Shown: positions 25,235 to 34,884 of the stretch, piece after piece | Layout: the number at the start of each line of letters is the position of its first letter | Position numbering within the stretch: the stretch's first letter is position 1 | Assembly: GCA_964355515.1 (NCBI GenBank) | Contig: CAYHDV010000001.1 | Location: forward strand, 26,544-90,543 | Direction of reading: 5' to 3' | DNA from: an uncultured Candidatus Saccharibacteria bacterium | GTDB taxonomy: Bacteria > Patescibacteriota > Minisyncoccia > Phycocordibacterales > CSBR16-119 | Length of the DNA stretch: 64,000 bases | Notes under the pieces: generated by a model | Database searches by the model: none | Told to the model about the DNA's origin: nothing | What the model saw: only the letters and a program-made list of their open reading frames with translations | Program-made: the position numbers and the translations under genes

Positions 25235-26902
25235 TTATTTTTCCAAAAACAATCTCGCAATTTGGATATCATAATACGAAGTGTTTTTTGTCTTATTCTT
25301 TACAGGAGAAAGGTGTAGCTCCCCTGTTTCGTTGTAAATTTCTTGAAATGCTTGGAGGGTCTCCTCAAACTTCTTTCCTCTTGGACGCAGATAGAGAATG
25401 TCATCTAGAACAATAGTCCCCTCATCTAAGAGCTTTTCTATATGAGTCAAAACTGTTTCTTTGGTTAGCTCTCGCTCTTTGGCGATATCATCTATTTTCT
25501 TCCCTTCTTCAAGTGAAGCACGCGTCTTGTGGTGAGAAGGGATTTTCTCTTTTAACTCCTCTTCTTTACGCCAATCTATTTTTTCGAGTGACCCGGCGCT
25601 GTTTTCTATAAAAGTCTTCATGGAATCTTCTAATTCTTTTTCTGTTTTTTTATTTAAATATTCTTTTATTTTCATTGATTTTAGTTGGAGTTTTTTGTCT
25701 TCTTCTAAAACAAGAGGGTGGATCATAAGTGCATCTGGATTGAACCCCAAAAGCTTTATCCCTTGGAGAGTCCGGACACGCGAAAGCGCAACATAGCCCT
25801 GCCCGTACTCAAAAGCCTTGCCAAGGTCTATTTCGGCTGCATCAAGAGACATCCCTTGGCTCTTGTGTATGGTGATAGCCCAAGCTAAACGAAGTGGTAG
25901 TTGAGTGACTTCGGCTAGAGTTTTTTCACCATCTTGGATGGCCCATGTGGCTGGCTCAATAATAATATTCTTACCATTATTCATTGCCACGATAGGATAG
26001 CCGTGTTTTTCGTCGAAGCTAACAATTTCACCAAGTGAACCATTTACATATCCTTTTTCAAAATTATTTTTTGTGCACATCACCCGAGCACCCTTTTTTA
26101 AAGCTAGGGTGTGAGGAGAAAGACAAGAATCAACAAGTTTCTGAACGTGTGTAGATGGCCCACGAGTCTCCATAGTGTAGACTTCTGGATTAGACACCAG
26201 TTTAGCCAACTCCTGGCTATTGATATTATCAACATCAATATTGTGAGTATAAAGTTTCGTAGAAACAACAACATCTTCAAAATCAATATCCATCCTCTCC
26301 CTCAGCATCTCAGAATTCTCATGACCATCTCCCTGCCTTATCATAGAGAGGAGTGACAATAATTCTTCATCTTCTTGTCTGTGTTGCTCTCCAATATAAC
26401 AAATAAGAGGAGAAAGCTCTTTCCATGCATCAGAAAGAAAGGCAAATTTTGCAGATTTATCACGAGAAACAGGGGGAAGTTGAAAGAAGTCTCCCACGAG
26501 TACAATCTGCAGTCCTCCAAATGGTCTTGGGTCTTTTGTAAATTGTTTACAAACTTTGTTTAGCAAATCCATAGTTTCTGCGTCCAGCATTGAAATCTCA
26601 TCAATAACCAACACTTTTGTATTGGTAAATCTTTTGTGGAGATACTTTTTTTCTACCAAGTCAGAGATAGATTTTTGATCCATTTGTTTGTTTATTCCTA
26701 TCCCAGCCCAAGAATGAATAGTCACTCCTCCAACATGGGTCGCAGCAATACCAGTCGAAGCTGTGACAGCCACAGAAATACGGTGCTCTTTGAGATAATC
26801 AATATACTGGTTCAACACATGAGTCTTCCCTGCCCCTGGAGCTCCAGTCAAGAAAACATTTGCTCCAGTTTTGAGGATTTGTAGTGCTTCTGTTTGTAAC
26901 AT
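25235..26902 (-). CDS. PIF1/RecD-like superfamily-1 DNA helicase with C-terminal HTH domain
   Basis: Walker A LTGAPGAGKT, Walker B VLVIDEISM, GxxxQLPPV motif, and C-terminal HTH_40-like tail. The start was chosen at internal MLQTEALQ; the upstream ORF extension overlaps a separate small gene. Confidence 0.75.
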   Translation of the reverse strand: MLQTEALQILKTGANVFLTGAPGAGKTHVLNQYIDYLKEHRISVAVTASTGIAATHVGGVTIHSWAGIGINKQMDQKSISDLVEKKYLHKRFTNTKVLVIDEISMLDAETMDLLNKVCKQFTKDPRPFGGLQIVLVGDFFQLPPVSRDKSAKFAFLSDAWKELSPLICYIGEQHRQEDEELLSLLSMIRQGDGHENSEMLRERMDIDFEDVVVSTKLYTHNIDVDNINSQELAKLVSNPEVYTMETRGPSTHVQKLVDSCLSPHTLALKKGARVMCTKNNFEKGYVNGSLGEIVSFDEKHGYPIVAMNNGKNIIIEPATWAIQDGEKTLAEVTQLPLRLAWAITIHKSQGMSLDAAEIDLGKAFEYGQGYVALSRVRTLQGIKLLGFNPDALMIHPLVLEEDKKLQLKSMKIKEYLNKKTEKELEDSMKTFIENSAGSLEKIDWRKEEELKEKIPSHHKTRASLEEGKKIDDIAKERELTKETVLTHIEKLLDEGTIVLDDILYLRPRGKKFEETLQAFQEIYNETGELHLSPVKNKTKNTSYYDIQIARLFLEK

Positions 26903-26979
26903 ATTTATTATTGTAGCATGTGAAAAAAGATTTCTTCCTCTAAAAAATAAAAAGAAAAAGCTCCCCAGAAGAAGAGCTT

Positions 26980-27198
26980 TTACGAAGGCAAAATCCTTTG
27001 GACGAATTTTCTTAGAAGCATAGCCGTAAAAAACACAATGCTTACAAAAAATAGAAGTACAGAGATGCAAATAAAAACAATCATCACAATTCTGTTTTCT
27101 ATTCCAAGCCAGATAGCAATGTGTTCCCATGGCTCTAGGAGTAATACTCCTACTTTCCAGAAAACTCCACCAATCAAAGCAATCAACAGCTTTTTCAT
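26980..27198 (-). CDS. Small two-TM membrane protein
   Basis: 72-aa hydrophobic ORF MKKLLIALIGGVF... It sits between terminators at 27250-27280 and the helicase gene. Confidence 0.45.
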   Translation of the reverse strand: MKKLLIALIGGVFWKVGVLLLEPWEHIAIWLGIENRIVMIVFICISVLLFFVSIVFFTAMLLRKFVQRILPS

Positions 27199-27286
27199 GT
27201 TCAGTTATTTATTTGTTTATAGAATATCATATAAATTAAAAAGGTGGAACAAAAAAGCCCCGCCGAAGGCGGGGCTTTTTGGAATC

Positions 27287-28012
27287 TCACACAAAGCATT
27301 CCGGTACGGAAATGGGTTCTCTGTAATCGTCCCATGGACCATAAATGGAACAGAAACCAACAGCGTCATCAGGAAGAGGTGTCTCATTTTCAACTCTCTT
27401 AGTTGCCGTACCTTTCTTGAAGCTTTCTTCATCGATCTTTGCCAATATTTCTTGATGGCGATCCCTAAGAGCGATACCTACTTCTGGGTATGTGGGGAAC
27501 TTTTGAAGATCCCCCTCTTCTTTGGGAACAAGCTTGTACTTTGACCAAAAAATAACCTCTTTCTTATCCTTAAGCCAGTATCGTTTGGCTTCTGTTTCAA
27601 AAAAGCTATGCCCCTGAAATCCATCAAACTCTGACCTATTTACAACTCGTAGAGCCCCGTCATTGAAAATACCATTGACGAAGATATTCTCAACTTTCTC
27701 AATCCATTTCCCATCGGTCAAATAATCAAAAAGATGGCCGAACTTTTGTTTGTCATACAGAACTCCCCGAGTACTCTCAAGTAAGACTGGGATATGACTT
27801 GTGTTGAACAAGTTGAGCTGGTTGTTTTTTGTTGGAAGATAGACTGCCCCACATTCATCACAAAAGTATTCTTCTTTTATTTTGTGAGTGGAAAGATACC
27901 CCGGGCCGACTATGTCATTATTTGAAACATGGACCCTAGACACTCGCTTATAGATTTTTTTACCCTTACAGCAAGTTGCTTTCGATTGTGTTTTTATTGT
28001 AATTGAACTCAT
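27287..28012 (-). CDS. Hypothetical protein with N-terminal Cys4 zinc-ribbon (CC...CDEC)
   Basis: 241-aa ORF flanked by intrinsic terminators at 27250-27280 and 28077-28105. No family recognised. Confidence 0.45.
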   Translation of the reverse strand: MSSITIKTQSKATCCKGKKIYKRVSRVHVSNNDIVGPGYLSTHKIKEEYFCDECGAVYLPTKNNQLNLFNTSHIPVLLESTRGVLYDKQKFGHLFDYLTDGKWIEKVENIFVNGIFNDGALRVVNRSEFDGFQGHSFFETEAKRYWLKDKKEVIFWSKYKLVPKEEGDLQKFPTYPEVGIALRDRHQEILAKIDEESFKKGTATKRVENETPLPDDAVGFCSIYGPWDDYREPISVPECFV

Positions 28013-28119
28013 GACCTTCTTTTATTTGTTTAATTTAAGATTACATGTCCAAGATGCTCAAGTCAAGAAACAAAAAAGCCCAGCCAAAGGCGGGGCTTTT
28101 TTGTTTTCGTAAAAAAATA

Positions 28120-28530
28120 TTATCGTTTTGACCACTGCTTTGACTTTCGAGCTTTTCCAGCTTTTCCAGCTTTTCTTCGCTCTTTTGATCTTGGGTCTCG
28201 TTTCAAGTAACCTTCTTGTTTTAGAGAAACCTTGTTTTCTGTTTCGTTGATTTGAACAAGTGCTCGCGCGATTCCGTGTCGTACAGCTTCAGCTTGTGAG
28301 TGAATTCCTCCACCTGATACAACTGCTGTTATTTCATATCCATCTTCAATCTTTGTTCTCCCGAAAGTATCGTGAAGGATTTTTTGAAGTTCAAGAGTTG
28401 GAAAATAAGAAGAAGATTCTTTGCCGTTTATCACTATTGAAAGTCCCTTGGCTGGAGTAAGACGCACTCGTGCTGTTGCAGTCTTTCGTCGTCCAATTGA
28501 TTCTGTATATTGTTTCTTTGTTGTTGCCAT
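28120..28530 (-). CDS. rpsI: 30S ribosomal protein S9
   Basis: 136 aa ending ...RKSKQWSKR. Confidence 0.9.
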   Translation of the reverse strand: MATTKKQYTESIGRRKTATARVRLTPAKGLSIVINGKESSSYFPTLELQKILHDTFGRTKIEDGYEITAVVSGGGIHSQAEAVRHGIARALVQINETENKVSLKQEGYLKRDPRSKERRKAGKAGKARKSKQWSKR

Positions 28531-28532
28531 GG

Positions 28533-28886
28533 TTAGTCTGTGATAGTTAAGTTTTTCATTCGAAGCGACCGAAGCTTATTTCCTGGAAGCATTCCGTAAA
28601 TAGCTTTTTTAAAGATTTCTTCATATCCCTTCTTTTCTATCATTCTTTCCATTGAAACAAATTTTAGTCCTCCTGGATATCCTGAGTATTGAGCATAAGA
28701 AGTAGTTTTTATTTTCTTTTGTGAAATTTTTGCTTTTGAGGCATTCTCCACAAGCACTCTATTGTTTGTCACTTTGTTATTAGAAAAATCTGGAGTATTT
28801 TTACCCATAAGAATCATAGCAACTTCTGTGGCTACTCTACCTAGACTTTTACCTGTGGCATCAATTGTATAATTTACTGGTTCCAT
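28533..28886 (-). CDS. rplM: 50S ribosomal protein L13
   Basis: 117 aa with ...DATGKSLGRVATEVAMILMGK...YSGYPGG. Confidence 0.85.
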   Translation of the reverse strand: MEPVNYTIDATGKSLGRVATEVAMILMGKNTPDFSNNKVTNNRVLVENASKAKISQKKIKTTSYAQYSGYPGGLKFVSMERMIEKKGYEEIFKKAIYGMLPGNKLRSLRMKNLTITD

Positions 28887-28888
28887 GA

Positions 28889-29245
28889 TTATTTAACAAA
28901 TTCAATTATAGCCATCTTAGCACCATCTGAAAGTCGTTGTGGCAGTTTAGTAATTCTTGTATATCCCCCGTTTCGGTCTTTGTATTGTGGAGCAATAACA
29001 TCAACAAGTTTTTTTGTTTCGATGTTTTGGTTTAACATACGAGCTCTGACAATGTTTCGAGAAGCTAGATCTCCCATAAGTGCTTTGGAAATAAGTTTTT
29101 CTATCATTGGCCGAAGCTCTTTTGCTTTTGCTTCTGTTGTCTTTATTTTGTCATGTCGAACAAGAGAAATAACCAACGACTTCATAAGGGCGTTTCGTAC
29201 ATCCATTTTTCGTCCAAATTTTCGGTTTTTGTTATGATGTCGCAT
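28889..29245 (-). CDS. rplQ: 50S ribosomal protein L17
   Basis: MRHHNKNRKFGRKMDVRNALMKSLV... Confidence 0.85.
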   Translation of the reverse strand: MRHHNKNRKFGRKMDVRNALMKSLVISLVRHDKIKTTEAKAKELRPMIEKLISKALMGDLASRNIVRARMLNQNIETKKLVDVIAPQYKDRNGGYTRITKLPQRLSDGAKMAIIEFVK

Positions 29246-29294
29246 GGTTTAGTAGTTTACTGGTTTTTTTAAAAAAAGCAAGAGAGTGGGGCTT

Positions 29295-30320
29295 TTATTT
29301 AAGCAAAATCCCAAAATTAGATAGTGCTCTCTTTATTTCTTGGATTCCTTTCTCTCCTAGTCCTTCTAGTGCTAGGAGGTCTTCTTTTGATTTTCTAGCA
29401 ATTCCTCCAACAGTTCGGATTTTGGCAATGTCTAGAGCGTTTTGAGTTCGAGTAGAAAGATTTAGATCTTCAACTCTTGTCTTTAGAATTTCTTCTTCTT
29501 GATTCAATTCATCTTCTCCATCAGCATATTCTTGAGATTCTTTTACTGTTTTTTCAATTGCAGCTTTTTCTTTTTCGATAACTTTCATTTCTTCTTTGAT
29601 CTCATCTAGACCTTTGAATTCATGAATTGATTGTAGCTGAACAATCATGATTTCTACAGCTCTCTCAAGAGCTTCCTTTGGAGTATATGTCCCATCTGTC
29701 TCGATTGAGATTCGTAGTCTATTGTGGTTTGTATTGTCTCCAACACGCATGTTTTCTACTTCATAGGAAACTCTTCGAACTGGTGAGAAAATAGCGTCTA
29801 CTGCAATTTGACCAAGCTCCATTTTTTCTTTTTGGAGTTCATCTTTCTGAACGAAACCAAGTCCTAGTTCAACTGTCAATTCAATGTTAAGAGTTTTCTT
29901 TTTGTCTGTTACTGTGGCAATGTATTCGTCACCATTCAAAACTTCTACTTGACCTGGAACAACCAAATCCTTTGCCAAAACAACTCCTTCTTTTGCTGAA
30001 AGAGTAACAACTTGTGAGTCTTCTGTAAGAAGCTTAAATCGAACTCGCTTAAGATTCAAAATGATATTAATAACATCTTCTTGTACACCTTCTACTGTTT
30101 CAAATTCATGCCCTACTCCATCAATTTTTATCTTTGTAATAGCTGCTCCGGGAAGAGAAGACAAAATAATCCGCCTGAGTGAGTTCCCAAGAGTGTGTCC
30201 GTATCCAGGATAAAGACCATCTATTTCGTAAATAGCTTTGTTCCCCTCCTCTATTACAAGCCTAGGCTTTGATGGTAAAAGAATTTCGTGTGATGACATA
30301 TGTAGATTTGTTGTGATCAA
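29295..30320 (-). CDS. rpoA: DNA-directed RNA polymerase subunit alpha
   Basis: 341 aa. N-terminal dimerisation domain and C-terminal alphaCTD (...LNLSTRTQNALD...). Confidence 0.9.
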   Translation of the reverse strand: MITTNLHMSSHEILLPSKPRLVIEEGNKAIYEIDGLYPGYGHTLGNSLRRIILSSLPGAAITKIKIDGVGHEFETVEGVQEDVINIILNLKRVRFKLLTEDSQVVTLSAKEGVVLAKDLVVPGQVEVLNGDEYIATVTDKKKTLNIELTVELGLGFVQKDELQKEKMELGQIAVDAIFSPVRRVSYEVENMRVGDNTNHNRLRISIETDGTYTPKEALERAVEIMIVQLQSIHEFKGLDEIKEEMKVIEKEKAAIEKTVKESQEYADGEDELNQEEEILKTRVEDLNLSTRTQNALDIAKIRTVGGIARKSKEDLLALEGLGEKGIQEIKRALSNFGILLK

Positions 30321-30366
30321 AAGATCGTTATTAATAATCTAATAAAAAAATAAAATGTTTTTCAGA

Positions 30367-30966
30367 CTATCTACTGTAGAATTCAAGAACAGAACCAAAA
30401 TCAAGGAATGTATCAATATTAACAGGAGTTCCAGTTACCTTTGCAGAAATATTTTTAGCATCAAATGAAAGCCAAGTTGAGCTTACTGCCTTCTTTTCAA
30501 AATTTTGGAATAAAACACGAGATTTACTTCCCTCTTTAAGAGCTACAATGTCTCCTTGCTTTATTCTAAAAGAAGGAACGTTTGTTCGTACGCCGTTAAC
30601 AGTGAAGTGTCCATGAGAAACCATCTGTCTTGCAAGGCGTCTTGTGCTTGCTATACCCAATCGGTAAAGAGTATTGTCTAGACGAGATTCTAGAAGCTGG
30701 AATAGGCCATCTCGAGGTGCAATCTTTTTAAGAAAAGTAGCCTCTTTTACGTAGTTTCCAAGTTGTTTTTCTGTTATACCATAAGAGAATCGAATTTTTT
30801 GTTTTTCGATTAGTTGCTGTCCGTAATCAGAAACTTGTTTTCGTCTCTTTCCTCTTGCGGATTTTTCGTGTCTTGCTTCAGAAAGTGCGTATTTTTGATT
30901 TTGGCATTTTTCAAAAACCCCAGTTCCTAGTCGCCGACATACTTTGTATTTTGCTCCGATTATCAT
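30367..30966 (-). CDS. rpsD: 30S ribosomal protein S4
   Basis: YRLGIASTRRLARQMVSHGHFTVNG S4 domain. Confidence 0.9.
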   Translation of the reverse strand: MIIGAKYKVCRRLGTGVFEKCQNQKYALSEARHEKSARGKRRKQVSDYGQQLIEKQKIRFSYGITEKQLGNYVKEATFLKKIAPRDGLFQLLESRLDNTLYRLGIASTRRLARQMVSHGHFTVNGVRTNVPSFRIKQGDIVALKEGSKSRVLFQNFEKKAVSSTWLSFDAKNISAKVTGTPVNIDTFLDFGSVLEFYSR

Positions 30967-30995
30967 AATTTTTTATTTAAATAAAATCTAGTGTA

Positions 30996-31430
30996 TTAAA
31001 CTCTTCTTGGTTTTTTCGCTCGGGTACCATTGTGAGGAACAGGAGTTCTATCTTTGATAGATTTGATCTCAATTCCATGAGCCATAAATGACCGAATAGT
31101 AGGTTCACGACCTGAACCAACACCCTTCACCACAACATCAGCCTCTTTTACACCAATAGCTTTTACTTTTTCACCAAGTAGTTCTCCTACCCGTCCTGCA
31201 GCAAATGGAGTACCCTTCTTAGCACCCTTGAACCCAAGAGATCCTGATGAAGAACCAAAAATCATATTTCCGTTTTCATCTGTGAAAATGGCCTTTGTGT
31301 TATTGAAAGTAGCTTCCACATATAGAATACCAGAAACAAGTTTTCGCTTACCTAGACGGCTAGCGGCTCTGTTTCTAAGTTCTTTATTCATAGTCCCACC
31401 GGACTTTTTAACGATTCGTTTTTTTCCCAT
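30996..31430 (-). CDS. rpsK: 30S ribosomal protein S11
   Basis: ...VKGVGSGREPTIRSF...TPVPHNGTRAKKPRRV. Confidence 0.9.
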   Translation of the reverse strand: MGKKRIVKKSGGTMNKELRNRAASRLGKRKLVSGILYVEATFNNTKAIFTDENGNMIFGSSSGSLGFKGAKKGTPFAAGRVGELLGEKVKAIGVKEADVVVKGVGSGREPTIRSFMAHGIEIKSIKDRTPVPHNGTRAKKPRRV

Positions 31431-31433
31431 ATG

Positions 31434-31814
31434 TTATTTCTTATCAACCTTAGTTCGTCCAGATCCCATGGTGTTTCGAGTGTTTCCTCTACCTGTTCGT
31501 GAATTACTTTTTGTTCTCTGTCCTCGCACTGGTAGTCTTTTTGTATGTCTTACCCCTCGGTATGAACCAATATCCTTTAGACGCTTAATGTTTGCCATTG
31601 ACTCACGTCGTAGGTCTCCTTCTAGAGTAAACTCTTCGATTAATTTTCGAAGAACCCCTTCTTCTTCTTCTGTAAGGTCCTTTGCTTTTTTGTTCACATC
31701 AAGTTTGGCTTCTTCAAGAATTTTCTGAGAACGAGAAAGACCAATACCATATACAACAGTAAGTCCTCTTTCTAATCTTTTATTGTCTGGGATTGTAATA
31801 CCTAAAATACGCAT
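31434..31814 (-). CDS. rpsM: 30S ribosomal protein S13
   Basis: MRILGITIPDNKRLERGLTVVYGIG... Confidence 0.9.
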   Translation of the reverse strand: MRILGITIPDNKRLERGLTVVYGIGLSRSQKILEEAKLDVNKKAKDLTEEEEGVLRKLIEEFTLEGDLRRESMANIKRLKDIGSYRGVRHTKRLPVRGQRTKSNSRTGRGNTRNTMGSGRTKVDKK

Positions 31815-31837
31815 ATGATTTCTGTATAAAAAAATAA

Positions 31838-31960
31838 TTAACCTTGTCTTGCTTTTCGCTTAGGCTCGTTTTTGTTTAATCTAAACAAACGACGTTTTCG
31901 ACGAACAATTTGTTCGCCGTTTCGAAGTTCTGATCTTTTGATTGAAGCTTGAATTTTCAT
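31838..31960 (-). CDS. rpmJ: 50S ribosomal protein L36 (cysteine-less, non-zinc-ribbon form)
   Basis: Not in the ORF track (40 aa). Minus-strand translation gives MKIQASIKRSELRNGEQIVRRKRRLFRLNKNEPKRKARQG, an L36-like MK(V/I)xAS(V/I)K...(K/R)ARQG. Position between infA and rpsM is canonical. Confidence 0.65.
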   Translation of the reverse strand: MKIQASIKRSELRNGEQIVRRKRRLFRLNKNEPKRKARQG

Positions 31961-32083
31961 ATATTTCTAAGCAAAAAAAGGCTTTTCCCCTCTTTTTTAG
32001 TAACGTGAAAGATAATACAGGATGTTAATAAAAAAAGCAAGTATTCCCAACTCCAAACTGGGTATTTCTTACTTATCTAGATT

Positions 32084-32296
32084 TTATTGACGTCTATCTA
32101 TTCTTCCCTTGTCTCCATTCTGGTCCACAATAACATCCACAACATCTCCCACCATAACCTTGATTCTAAATTTTTTCATTTTACCAGAAAGGTAGGCAAG
32201 TATTAGTTTGCCATTTTCTCCCTGAACTCTAAAGGTCGTATTTGGGAGAGATTCTGTAATTGTTCCTTTGACTCTTATCTCTGGTGCTTTTGTCAT
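32084..32296 (-). CDS. infA: Translation initiation factor IF-1
   Basis: 70 aa, S1-like: KGTITESLPNTTFRVQGENGKLILAYLSGKMKKFRIKVMVGDVVDV. Confidence 0.9.
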   Translation of the reverse strand: MTKAPEIRVKGTITESLPNTTFRVQGENGKLILAYLSGKMKKFRIKVMVGDVVDVIVDQNGDKGRIDRRQ

Positions 32297-32341
32297 AATA
32301 TAATAAGTGAATTATAGCATATGCGATGAATTAAACAAAGA

Positions 32342-33640
32342 TTATTCGAAGATATATTCAATGTCTATATCTTCTATTTTTTCTGGGAGACTCCTGTGCC
32401 AAAACGGCCGGAGGGTAAGATCTGCTTTTACAATATATTCATATTTTTCCATGATGGTCTCAAATTGTTTTTTTCTTGTATCCAAAAGTTCATATTTGAT
32501 TCTATCTTCATCAAGAGCCCATACAACATGAGGCCTACCTTTAATTGCTATAGGAGCTTCTATCAGATCTTTTATACCAATAACCGTACCTACAAAAGAC
32601 ACCTCGAGTGAACCAATATTTTCGATATACACTGGAGTTCCTTTTAAATAATCAGATAAACTCTCTCCTGCAACGGCTTTTGCGAGAATACTTTTATCCA
32701 CGATAATTGAAGTGAGGATCCCTTTCTCAAATATTGGAACTGATGAACTATCTGAAGTATAGCTATTTGTCTTCTCTAAAGTAGTATACTCTTCTGACCC
32801 AGAAACCAACAAAAAATCATCTGGTATTTGAGCTTCAAGTTTTGATTGCAAATCGTTTTTAAGAGAGAGCTGAATTTCAGATTGTGCCTTCTCGGCAGAT
32901 TCTGGGCTAAGTGAATAAAGCTCGCCAATAAAACCACCAGAGATCTTTGTTTTTGATCTACCATATATTGTCTTTTCCTTGTTTGTCCCCTTGAAACCTA
33001 GAACGGTGAAGTCAGATAAATCTAAATTTCCCGATTCTCCAGCTGTGTCAGCATATACTTCTACATCGATTTGACCTGGGACAATTTTCCCATCTACAGA
33101 TTTTTTACCAGGGATAACCACGGCAGTTTTTGTTTTGTAAATCTTACCTTCAGAAGATGAGAGGCGGGTGTCAATAAGTAGATTTTGAGGGCTAGTGCTA
33201 TTGTTGTTGTATAAAGTAACAATCCCAGTAGCGACTTGATCAACGACTGATTGGTTTTCTGAAGAAATAGTGGTGGCTCTCTCACCTTCTACGGAAATGG
33301 TTTGAAAAGAAAGTCCAGTGGTACTATCTTTCTTTGCAGTAAGAAGTATTTCTGTGTCAGGAAGCATTGTGTTTTTTGGTGTGATGGTTACTGTTACACC
33401 CTTGAATAACAAAGAGACCATAAAAACAAAAAATATAAACGCACAAGAAACAAGTAGCCATATAGACCACCCAGATATTGGGTTCTTGTGATTTAAGTCA
33501 TTAACAACTTTTTCCCTAGGAAGAATCCCTTCTTCTGTAAGAATTTTTGTTGCTTCAGCCCTTGTCTCTGCAACTTTTTTTCTTACTATTGTTGCTTTCC
33601 GAGAAGGTTTGATGTCTTGAATTGTTTTTTTAGGAGGCAT
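32342..33640 (-). CDS. Bitopic membrane protein with large extracytoplasmic domain (possible pilus-assembly PilN/O-like partner)
   Basis: 432 aa with basic cytoplasmic N-terminus, one TM helix, and a 350-aa external domain. Stop and start are 5 nt from the upstream actin-like ATPase gene. Confidence 0.4.
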   Translation of the reverse strand: MPPKKTIQDIKPSRKATIVRKKVAETRAEATKILTEEGILPREKVVNDLNHKNPISGWSIWLLVSCAFIFFVFMVSLLFKGVTVTITPKNTMLPDTEILLTAKKDSTTGLSFQTISVEGERATTISSENQSVVDQVATGIVTLYNNNSTSPQNLLIDTRLSSSEGKIYKTKTAVVIPGKKSVDGKIVPGQIDVEVYADTAGESGNLDLSDFTVLGFKGTNKEKTIYGRSKTKISGGFIGELYSLSPESAEKAQSEIQLSLKNDLQSKLEAQIPDDFLLVSGSEEYTTLEKTNSYTSDSSSVPIFEKGILTSIIVDKSILAKAVAGESLSDYLKGTPVYIENIGSLEVSFVGTVIGIKDLIEAPIAIKGRPHVVWALDEDRIKYELLDTRKKQFETIMEKYEYIVKADLTLRPFWHRSLPEKIEDIDIEYIFE

Positions 33641-33644
33641 AATA

Positions 33645-34820
33645 TTATATGTGACTTCGATATAGGGCTGATAATGCGATAAACAAATCTCTTTTAACCT
33701 CTGGTTGATACACTAATCTAGAATAAAATTTGGGACCATTTAGAATTTCCACTTCAAAAGGGATCTCAAGCATAGAGTACTGACCAACATGTTCCTGCTC
33801 TAAGAGTTTTTTTAGATCCTCTTCAAAAAAACTATATCCTGAAATATACATTTCCTGTGGGAGCTTGTATTTCTTAGCTAGCTGACGAAGGCTCTCTTCT
33901 AAATGTTTTTCATATGCTTTGTATGCTTTTTGTTTGGCATTGAGAACTTTCTCTTTATAGTCTTTTTGGAGGGCGTTTTTTGAAGCTAGGGTTAGAATCG
34001 AATGAGCTTCATGAGGCGATGAGCCCAAACTCTTTGCAATTGAATTATTAAAAAATTGAATACCAAGCGGGAAAGATAGTGTCTGGAAAATAGTATTGTT
34101 TCTTACAACCAGAATATCTGTAAGCTCACCTCCAATATCTATAAAAATATAGTCTTTTTCTTTGGCAAAAAAATCTCGAGACACAACATAAGTGACAAGG
34201 GTTGATGTTTGAAATTCTATATTATGATGAAAAACTCTACCCAAGGTATCTTCTATCACAGACAAAACTTCCTTTGGAGAAACACTCACATAAATAGAGA
34301 GATCAATGTGCTTGGTTTTTTGTCCGATAGGATTTGCTGTAGTGTAGCCATTTACAGAAATGTCTATTATTGTTTCTTCGATAAGCTTGAAATCTTCGCC
34401 ATATATTTCAGCACTCTCTTTGTAAAAAGCCGACATCTCTCTTTGTTTGATACCCTCTAATGTTTTTTGATTTATGGTAAAAACAGTCCCTCTTGATAAT
34501 TCAGCTCTTCTGATGTCGTGGGCAAACCATGGAGCAGATAGGGTCACATAAATACCGGTATTAGCACCCAGAGGAAAGTCTCTGTCTTGAATATCTCGAG
34601 CAATATTTCCTAAGGTATATTTCATGGACCGCAAGAGGTCATCGTATGATGACTGGGTATCATTTTTCCAATGCAATCTCTTTGTATGAATAATCCGAGG
34701 AGCCACTCCAGAAATACCAGAAAAATGAACCACAGAGCCTGCGATAGAATCACTCCCAATATCAAACAATAGAGCAATTTCTGATGCTTTATTATTTCGA
34801 GAAAATAAATTCTTAAACAT
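33645..34820 (-). CDS. Actin-like ATPase, PilM/FtsA family
   Basis: 391 aa. LLFDIGSDSIAGSVV phosphate-1 motif and ...IDIGGELTDILVV phosphate-2. Distinct from ftsA at 53480. Confidence 0.55.
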   Translation of the reverse strand: MFKNLFSRNNKASEIALLFDIGSDSIAGSVVHFSGISGVAPRIIHTKRLHWKNDTQSSYDDLLRSMKYTLGNIARDIQDRDFPLGANTGIYVTLSAPWFAHDIRRAELSRGTVFTINQKTLEGIKQREMSAFYKESAEIYGEDFKLIEETIIDISVNGYTTANPIGQKTKHIDLSIYVSVSPKEVLSVIEDTLGRVFHHNIEFQTSTLVTYVVSRDFFAKEKDYIFIDIGGELTDILVVRNNTIFQTLSFPLGIQFFNNSIAKSLGSSPHEAHSILTLASKNALQKDYKEKVLNAKQKAYKAYEKHLEESLRQLAKKYKLPQEMYISGYSFFEEDLKKLLEQEHVGQYSMLEIPFEVEILNGPKFYSRLVYQPEVKRDLFIALSALYRSHI

Positions 34821-34884
34821 GGTTTTATTATAACAAGAAAAAAGCTCTTGTGAGCTTTTTTCGGTGGATATGTGATCCTTGGCC

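Noticed and set aside
26903-27130. N-terminal 76-aa Cys-rich extension of the helicase ORF (MGTHCYLAWN...)
   Set aside because: It overlaps the separately framed small membrane-protein gene 26980..27198. The helicase homology begins at the internal Met (MLQTEALQ), so the extension is probably not translated.
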